A DNA stretch of 57,213 nucleotides, filler included, from Sphacelaria rigidula (lineage: Eukaryota), in the NCBI GenBank assembly GCA_964200075.2. It is 8 parts of 8 records of this genome, joined end to end, with 100 filler letters (N's around TTAATTAATTAA, not from the genome) between each part and the next. Parts side by side here need not be neighbours in the genome. Positions count along the whole stretch, not along the records: positions 42,986 to 50,049 come from CAXNAA020016677.1; positions 50,150 to 57,213 come from CAXNAA020016678.1; 6 more parts are not named here. The stretch is one strand, 5' to 3'. How positions within the stretch are numbered: position 1 is the stretch's first letter; every line of letters starts with the position of its first letter. A program made the position numbers and the translations under genes. Positions 49,581-57,213 of the stretch are shown one piece after another. Under the pieces are notes generated by a model. That model worked only from the letters and a program-made list of their open reading frames with translations. It did not search any database and was not told the DNA's origin.

Positions 49581-51727
49581 CCCCCGGTGACCCGTCCGCC
49601 GCCCCCCCCCGCGGCCCGCGCCCCCGGCGCTGGGCGNNNNNNNNNCAAAAAGGGTGTAACTTCCACTGCCTCTATCAGGCCTCGCCCAAGAGGAGCTTTT
49701 CTTCAATCGAGTGTTGGTGGACCCCCCCCCCCCCCCCGCCCTCCCCGTATGAGCTGTTGAGCCTGGTCAGGCGAGAACCCGGCGTGTTGCGTCCCGGCTT
49801 TGTAGGGGTGGACCCCGGATGGGGTTGGCGTCGGTTGGCAATAACGCTATAAGACACGCCACTCACTGCGGAAGCTAGGCAATCAGGTTACCGATTCGTT
49901 TTGCACGCTTGCGCTTTTTTTGCGGTAACCATGATGGTAGCCAAGCTAGATCATGTTGTGCGGCGTGGGAGAACCTCGTCTCCGCACAATGAGGATGATC
50001 GCACTACATAGTGTTTAAATGGTGAGACACCCATGAGGCAGTGTATAAGNNNNNNNNNNNNNNNNNNNNNNNNNNNNNNNNNNNNNNNNNNNNTTAATTA
50101 ATTAANNNNNNNNNNNNNNNNNNNNNNNNNNNNNNNNNNNNNNNNNNNNAACTTTTTTCTCCCTTTTGGGCAATCAGGCCGAAGAAATAGTGAATTTGGT
50201 GATTTTGAGTCGTTATGATTTGTCCCAGCCGTGTATGACTGGCACCCTACTCAGGCGTTTTTCACCACTCTCGGAGTACCTGCAGATGGCATACGCGAGT
50301 CTGACTAAACAGGTCATTTTTCAAAAGTGAAGGTGATCATGCCGATTCACTGTATGATCATTCGACGTAGTTCTACCTGGGCAGCCACAGAGATGAGATT
50401 TTGTGGCGTGTTCTTGTACTATTGAATATCCGAAGCACATGTATTTGTTGACCCTTGTGGCGAGAGTGAAAGTAACGTCATGACTCTCACATCCATCGCT
50501 GACCCGTTTTATCTCGGAACAAGCACACGCCAGGTGGTGGGGCCCATTCGAACCCTTTTGGGACCGGACCCCCTCCAACTAGGGGTGTAACCCTTTGACT
50601 GCAAGTGGTGGTTCATTTTGTGGATCGACATAACTTTTACTATTTTTTCAAGTGAAAATGATGCCGATTCACAATGGCACCCAACCCGGGTTAGTGGAGG
50701 TCCGGTCCAAGAAATATTAACGGGGCCAAATGAATGAAACAAGAATGGGATCTTCAGTAGTACTGACAGTCCCGTGTGCACCTCGCCTGCGCAGAACGCG
50801 TTTTCGTAGAAATCGGCGCCAATTTGGAGTCTACCAAGGCCGCACTTTGCCTGCGGAATGTATGTACCGCCCTTGCCCAACGGTTCTCGGTACAGTATCA
50901 TGGGGTTAGGGTTAGGGGTGGCGATACTTGTAGAATGGTGTCAACCATGTACATTTGTAGCCCAACGACATTCAAAACATCTTTTCCATCTAAAGCATCC
51001 ACCAGCAGTACTCGTATGTTTGATTGGTCGCCGCAACCATAGGCCCACCAGGTTACCAATTAACATGCGGCTTGTTGACGCTAGGTCGTTGTTTTGCTTT
51101 TTTTTGTGGTCCCGTCAAGATCACCCCCTAACCCTTACAGGGCGAGAGTAGGCCATTGGTTGAATCGACATCAACTTTCACTTGAGAAGAGTATGCATAG
51201 ATCCAGATGGACTACCCTCCTTGGGGCCCAAGAGTTGACGCGTACAGTCGTTTTCGAGCGTTCTCGTTCGTTGAACGACCAAAGAGAACAAAAACATAAA
51301 ACGAAATTTTGCGATACCAGCGCATCCGGGGCAACGGTATCGTCGCTGCAGTGCTCGGCTGTTCGTGTTCATTGTCGTCACAGACGGATGTCTGCGGTGG
51401 TAGCCCTAGCAATTGTTTTCTTGTGTGGATGGCTGCAATTTCTCAAGTTTCGGACATATCGGCGCTGGTTCGAAGCATCAAATGTACGATTTCTCAGGCC
51501 TGATTGCTCGAAAGAGAAGAAGGAATTGACCGCGGGTCAAAACCGCCTCCACGTAAATTTTGCGCCATCCCACATCGTCCGTGGGGTGCCCTTACCTGAT
51601 GTGCAATGCTGAAACCAAAGCCCTAGGATTGTTTTTTGTGGACTGTACGAATCAGTTAAACTACCAGCAAGTCATTTTCAGACCCTTGATTTTTTTTTCA
51701 TGTCGCCGGAAAATCCAACCTTTGTAG

Positions 51728-51845
51728 GAGCGACGATGGCTCCATATCCGACGGCGGCGGTGGTGTAACGGACGGCAGCTATGGCCATGGCGGCGGGCGT
51801 TCGAGCGGAGACACCCGGTCGTCGTGCGATTCGTGCAACCGAAGG
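51728..51845 (+). CDS. Zn2Cys6 transcription factor exon (first CxxC)
   Basis: tAG|GAGCGA...CGAAGG|GTATGA, encodes SDDGSISDGGGG...TRSSCDSCNRR. Confidence 0.85.
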
Positions 51846-52354
51846 GTATGATGGGAGGGATCAGAGCGTGTAGTTGTCATTTGATGGTTGAATTTCACCG
51901 TAGGCGGAGAAACTGTGTTTTTTCTTGTGTGCTTCTGGTTTTTATGAGGTCTTAAGGCTGTTTGCCTCCTCAAGTCCATGGTTGGCACATTTTGTACGTA
52001 ACGCGAAACCTAACCCTCGCCCTCCGAACGTCCTTATCTCTCTTCCCCCCCCCCCAAGTTTGATCGGGCTGTAGCTTCGTAGCATGACCATGTGCGTACA
52101 TACTGGTAGGCATTACATGGGATTTTTACAGCAGAGGCTGTTCTCAAATGCTCTTTTTGCCCGACTGATTTCAACTAGTGGGCAAGACGAGGATTCTTGA
52201 ACAATTTCTGCTGTTCTAATCTCACATACTGACAAAAGTGCAGTGTATCGTATTCGAAAAAACAGTGCTCCGTCGCGAGAGGGATGCGTGGTCCATGGTC
52301 AAATGACGAAATACGAGCTAAAATCGAGTACGTCCCGCCCCCGCCCCCACCCCC

Positions 52355-52389
<35 letters not shown>

Positions 52390-52676
52390 TTCATGCGACT
52401 CGCCGAGTACATCATCACGGCGCTTCGCGCTTGGTGATTGATTGCGAGCGTGGTCTGGCGAAAACTCGGCGTGCTCCGTCCCTGCTTTTTAGAGATGTGA
52501 GGTCAATGGTCATGTGATTGTGGCATGCATGATCATGAGTACACCCCCCCCACACACGCATGCCACCCCCGATCTATTTACAACGGCCCTTAATAAGTTC
52601 ATGGTCCAACTGCTTGGGGATTCCAAAGGTCTGAGAACAGCCTCCTCACGTACGCATGCCCCCCGCCTGAACACAG

Positions 52677-52784
52677 AAACGGCGCTGCAATGGTGAACGG
52701 CCGTGTAGCGACTGCATTCGGGCTGGGCAAGAGGACCAGTGCTCATACCCTGCTAAGCGAAAGGCAATGAAGAGCATGGGTGGT
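52677..52784 (+). CDS. Zn2Cys6 transcription factor exon (rest of the zinc cluster)
   Basis: cAG|AAACGG, encodes KRRCNGERPCSDCIRAGQEDQCSYPAKRK. Donor taken as GGT|GTGAGT; alternative in-phase donors exist. Confidence 0.82.
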
Positions 52785-53245
52785 GTGAGTCTGCAGACTG
52801 TACGGGTACCTACGGTAAGAGGGGTGGGTGGGATAGGGTCGAGTGAGATGGGAAAGGGGGGTTCATGTAAATCCGGGGTTAATTTTCGAAATGCCGGGTG
52901 AGGAGCTGGAAATGCGGTTTGCAAGGACCGCAGTATTCACCGCGGGAATTTTTGCCCGCCAAATTCCTTACCGGATCGAGCCATTGCTTTCAAATGCATC
53001 GTGTTGGCTGTCTTAGATGTATCGGGTGCGATACTCCTCCCTCCCTTGCTCTCGTGTAACGACTGATCCTGCGTGTACATGTTAGTGCGGACCCTGCACC
53101 ATTCCGCTTGCTGGCACACATTTGATGTTACCAGCCACCCGCAGGTATAAAATGACTCAACACATGAGCGTACTTCCATGATACGAGACGTAGAAAATGC
53201 TCATGTTCTCCACCCCCATTCCCTCCTCCGCACTCGTGCACGTAG

Positions 53246-54162
53246 CCTTTCATGGCCCGTCAAAAACACAGGCGCGACGACGCGATGAACAGCGCGATGT
53301 CTGCAAACTTCACCTGCGGGACCGCTTCGGGTTACAGCATGTCTGCCTGCCAATCGCACGACCCCGGGGGCGGCGGCGGGGCGTCCGGCGATGGTGGCTC
53401 TCTGTCCCCCGCATCTTCCACCCACGAGGCCGGCGGCGGCACCGGCAGCGGAGGTTTCCGTCACGTGCAGCCTCGCGGCTCCCGGCACCCCAGCGACCCC
53501 GGCGGAACATTCGCGCCGTCGCCACACACCGACTCGGCCGAGGCAAAGGTGACCTTAGCGGCTGTAGCCGGCGCTCCCGGCTCCTTGCCCCCGCGATCGT
53601 CGCCGATGCCCGGCGGTGTTGCAGGGAGGTACAGCTCGGCGGCGGCCGCCACAACAGCTGCGATGCTGTTATCGCCTGTACCGTCGATGTCGCCGCCGCC
53701 GACAGCCGTGACGGCGGGATCAGTGGAGTCCACCAAACCCGTGGCGGTGGACACGCTGTCGTGGACGATCGCGCGGGAGCCGGCGTCCGCGGCGACGGCG
53801 GCGGCGGCTATGGAACTAAGCGCGAACGCTCCCGTCACGGGACCGTCCGGATTCTTGTCGCCCCCGCACATGTTGTCCGGACCGAGGGGAATCGGCGGGA
53901 TCAACATGGAGGAGGCCGAGGCGGCCGCGGCCAGGGCGCAGGAGCTGAAGGCAAGATCGATGGAGGCCAAGGCACGGTCCGAAGCGGCGGCGGCGGAAGC
54001 CGCGGCGGCAGCCGCTGCCGCAGAGGTGGTGAAGGAGGCGGCGACGGCCGTGGTGATGCCGCTGCCGGCGACCAGGGAGGAGGCGACGACGGACGGGCGG
54101 GTCGGGCGGCGGGAGAACGCGTTTTTGGACACCTACTTTGCATTTTTTGGCCGGTTCGCTCG
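53246..54162 (+). CDS. Zn2Cys6 transcription factor, long A/S/G/P-rich exon
   Basis: ORF 53252..54166, GC-rich coding composition. Acceptor cgtAG|CCT (alternative at 53272), donor CG|GTAAGA. Ends GRRENAFLDTYFAFFGRFAR. Confidence 0.8.
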
Positions 54163-54653
54163 GTAAGAGAGGTCTTGCGCCGGCGGTATTTTTGCACAGC
54201 ACCCAGTAGTGGTATTGGTAGGAGTAGTGGCATCGATTTATCGCCGAGGAGTAGAACGAGACACACACACAATTCGACACGATTGGAGAGAGAAGTTGTA
54301 CGTCTTTCTCTCTCTTCGTTTGTATCCTTTTCTCTTTCTGAAATCGAAAAGCAGCGATGACAACGAGAATGAACAATAACCACACTAGTAGTATCGGCGT
54401 AGTGCAGTGCACCAATATCAACGCCCAAAAAATCGCACCGGCGTCCAGTGCACCACCTGGAAATCAAGCCATCGCCTCGAAAATTGGTGGGGCTATTCAT
54501 CGCTGACTCTCAGTTTGAAAATTTTGATGACGGACGGTTGCAGTACCTAGCAAGACCCAACATCTCAGACTCTGCCACGTTTTTGCACTTCACATCTTGT
54601 TCTGAGCGCACTTCGTGTAAAAAGTGCGACGACCTTTTGGTGTCCTATTTGTA

Positions 54654-55494
54654 CGAGCTGGGTCGAAATACGGATTGAAGCTCTAAAAGCAATATCTCAT
54701 CGACACAGACGACTTGGGCCGTGATCCGCATATCGTATTCATCGTCTAATCAAGGGGAAGGTGCCTATCTGCTCAAAAGTTTGGGCCCACATTTTCTCGT
54801 TGATTAAACCCCATGTCTAGTCATTCCTATACCTAAGGGAGATAGCGCCAATATTAAAATTTCTATGAAACTCCCGATCGATGCATTTAGCGGATGGCGA
54901 CGAATTTTGATGTGGAGAACCACAAAAGAATGCCGAATAAAGTAAAATAAATGGGCCTTCATTTTTTTTTCCCATATATGTTATGGCGTTCTCGTAAAGA
55001 AAGGGTCCTTACCATAGTAAAACGCCCTGAACCAGTGAAAAAAAATGAAAAAATCAACCTGATCCACTTTTTTTATCATGCCTCAGAGAGCGCCCACACA
55101 AAGTTTCAATATACGAAAACCAAACGTGGGTCGGTGAGTGCCCTGCAAAATACTGTTCCGAATTTCTACCGACCCGGTTTTTGATAGGCCCATGCTCTTT
55201 TATACATTTAGAGTTGGACCCTGAAATTTGGTATGGACGATGAATATAATAGGGCATGAAAAAAAAATTACCTCAGTACCAAAAGTTTTTTTATCTTCAC
55301 GAGTTAACGGCAATAATCAGTTTTCAGGTATCAGTAAAATGCCTTCAACTCATGAAAAGAAAAACTTTCGGTACTGAGGTAATTTTTTTTATGCCCTTTT
55401 CATTGTCTATACCAAATTTCAGGGTCCAACTCTTGATTTATAAAAGAGCATGGGTCTGCAAACTTCAAATCCGCATCTAGGCTGGCGCAGCTCG
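54654..55494. mobile_element. Intronic non-autonomous Tc1/mariner-type element
   Basis: TA|CGAGCTGGGTC ... TGGCGCAGCTCG|TA. Related to 33115-34292. Confidence 0.7.
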
Positions 55495-55557
55495 TAGCCG
55501 CACCAATACAACTCCCGAATGCATCTGTCTCCCTTGCACGTGTTGCCACACGTGTAG

Positions 55558-55825
55558 CCTTGAATCGGAGAGCGAGGCAAGACGAACCTTGATCGAGCTT
55601 GCCTTGCAAGACAACGCAAGTCCTGCTACGCCGCGAGGCGGCGGTCAGCCTGGCGCAGCCGGCGCCGGCACCCAGTCGCAAAACGCGGGTGGTGCGGGAG
55701 GAGCCGGAGCGGGGTTAGGATCATTTGTTCCATTAGGGATCGCGCCGAGCGGACTGAGACGGGGCGTAACTCCGGAAAAGGGAGCTAGCTTGTGGGCTGG
55801 GGTTGGTATCGGCGCTATGCTGCAG
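55558..55825 (+). CDS. Zn2Cys6 transcription factor, downstream exon
   Basis: gtAG|CCTTGAA...CTGCAG|GTGGGT. Phase matches the previous exon. Encodes LESESEARRTLIELAL...ASLWAGVGIGAMLQ. Confidence 0.78.
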
Positions 55826-55935
55826 GTGGGTTGCGAAGAGCGCGCCGGGGGGGAATTGATCCCAACCGAAAATTCGGGGGCTCAAATCTTGCCCGCAACT
55901 ACAACTATTTTCTCAATACGGGGGGGGGAGGGGGG

Positions 55936-55995
55936 CTACTCATTTCTTGCTTGACTTGGTCGTGTGACCGTTGACCACGCATCATGACGGAGCAC
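55936..55995 (-). mobile_element. Short LINE family A 3' end with degenerate TSD
   Basis: Flanks TCTCAATACGGGGGGGGGAGG (55911) and TCTTGATACGGGGGCGGAGG (55996). Other short copies at 30640-30703 and 52265-52335. Confidence 0.75.
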
Positions 55996-56223
55996 TCTTG
56001 ATACGGGGGCGGAGGTTAGATCAGATCTAGGTGACCTAAGCAACAGCCTGTGCCTGACAGAGGGACTTCCCCGGTGACTGAAATCAGGGCCTGAACTCTT
56101 TCCCGGAAATATACTAGTACCTATACCCTTGAAACTGAGGGTGGTGGTCAACAAGCCTGCGGCCGACAGACTTTCCCCCTAACTCAAAAGTAGGGGCTGG
56201 ATTCTCACCTTTGACTACACGTA

Positions 56224-57189
56224 CAGGCCGGGCCGCCCAAGAAGCTCACTTTCCTCCAGCCCGTTCTAACTCACGATGTATCGCGAGTTATGCCCACTAT
56301 GACACATCGTGGTAATCGGCAAACCAGCGTGCCTCTTCAAATCCATGTAGCACTGCGATCCGNNNNNNNNNGAAATACCAAACTGTAATCAAGTGCGAAA
56401 GTGTAGAGAGTTGAGAGTACTATGTGCGGCGGAATTAGCCAGAAGAAAACGGCTGGAATTTGATTTTCGCGTACATTCAATTTTGTGCCGCTTGGTGCCG
56501 CACAAGCTGTGGCACAGCTCCCGAGCTCAATACTCCGTCGTTTTCGATGAAATTTTGACATGATGTACAGGACGTCCGCGCAAGCACTCCTTCGTTCCTC
56601 CCGTGTTTTTGTTTATTTTCTTCGTGAGATATTGGCGACGGAATATTTCAGAACATTTTTTTCTGAACAAAATCGCCAATAACTCACGCAGAAAAATACA
56701 AAAAAAACATGGGAGGAAAGGTTTGGTATTCGCACATACGTCCTGTGCATTGTGTCAAAATTTAATCGAAAACAGCTTGAAATTGAACAGCATCAATGCT
56801 TTTGAATTATTCGTAACTGGTCCTCCATATACTAAAGTATCCGCTTGTCGACGGAATGACGCATTTCCTGCGCTCAATTTTGGATCGTTCTTCATTAAAT
56901 CTTGACACAATTTACAAGACGTATGTGCGAACACCCCATCTTCCATCCCCTGTTTTTATTTTTATTTTCTCCGTGAGTTATTGGCGAAGAAACATTTCAG
57001 AATAGTTTTTTTCCCGGAACAAAGCTACCAATAACTCACTCAGAATGAAAAATAAAAACAGGGGATGGAGGTAGGGTGTTCGCATATACGTCCTGTACAT
57101 CGTATCAAAATTTCATCGAAAACGATCCGAAATTGAGCGCAGGAAATGCGTTTCAACATTCCTGGTGGCTTCTTGGGCGGCCCAGCCTG
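56224..57189. mobile_element. Tc1/mariner-type MITE, ~966 bp, 22-bp TIR, TA TSD
   Basis: TA|CAGGCCGGGCCGCCCAAGAAGC ... GCTTCTTGGGCGGCCCAGCCTG|TA (21/22). Confidence 0.9.
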
Positions 57190-57213
57190 TACATTCTCAA
57201 AACGGGCGGGGCG

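Noticed and set aside
53197..54500. Long overlapping ORFs on both strands (387, 223, 201 and 199 aa)
   Set aside because: Shadow frames of a GC-rich exon. Only the 53252 frame joins its neighbours in phase.

Overview
Eukaryotic nuclear DNA, most likely from a brown alga (Phaeophyceae); this is inferred from exon and intron style, repeat content and the Zn2Cys6 protein type. The window is not one locus. It is eight unrelated scaffolds (7065 bp, then seven of 7064 bp) joined by artificial 100-nt spacers (44N-TTAATTAATTAA-44N). Six intron-containing gene fragments could be reconstructed: a low-complexity, possibly bromodomain exon; the terminal exon of a WDR81/GFS12-like protein; two exons of BCD1/ZNHIT6; four exons of a CPRas1-like vWA/Sec23-Sec24 protein with a probable GC-AG intron; the last four exons of FAB1/PIKfyve; and four exons of a fungal-type Zn2Cys6 transcription factor. 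The rest is rich in mobile DNA: tRNA-derived SINEs, LINE fragments, non-autonomous piggyBac-, hAT- and Tc1/mariner-type elements, and mini/microsatellites. The most interesting signals are a non-LTR retrotransposon group whose copies sit in G/C homopolymer tracts with target-site duplications that include the tract, a piggyBac element apparently inserted at a non-canonical TTAG site in a minisatellite, and a MITE carrying two large internal palindromes. No CRISPR array or prokaryotic system is present.
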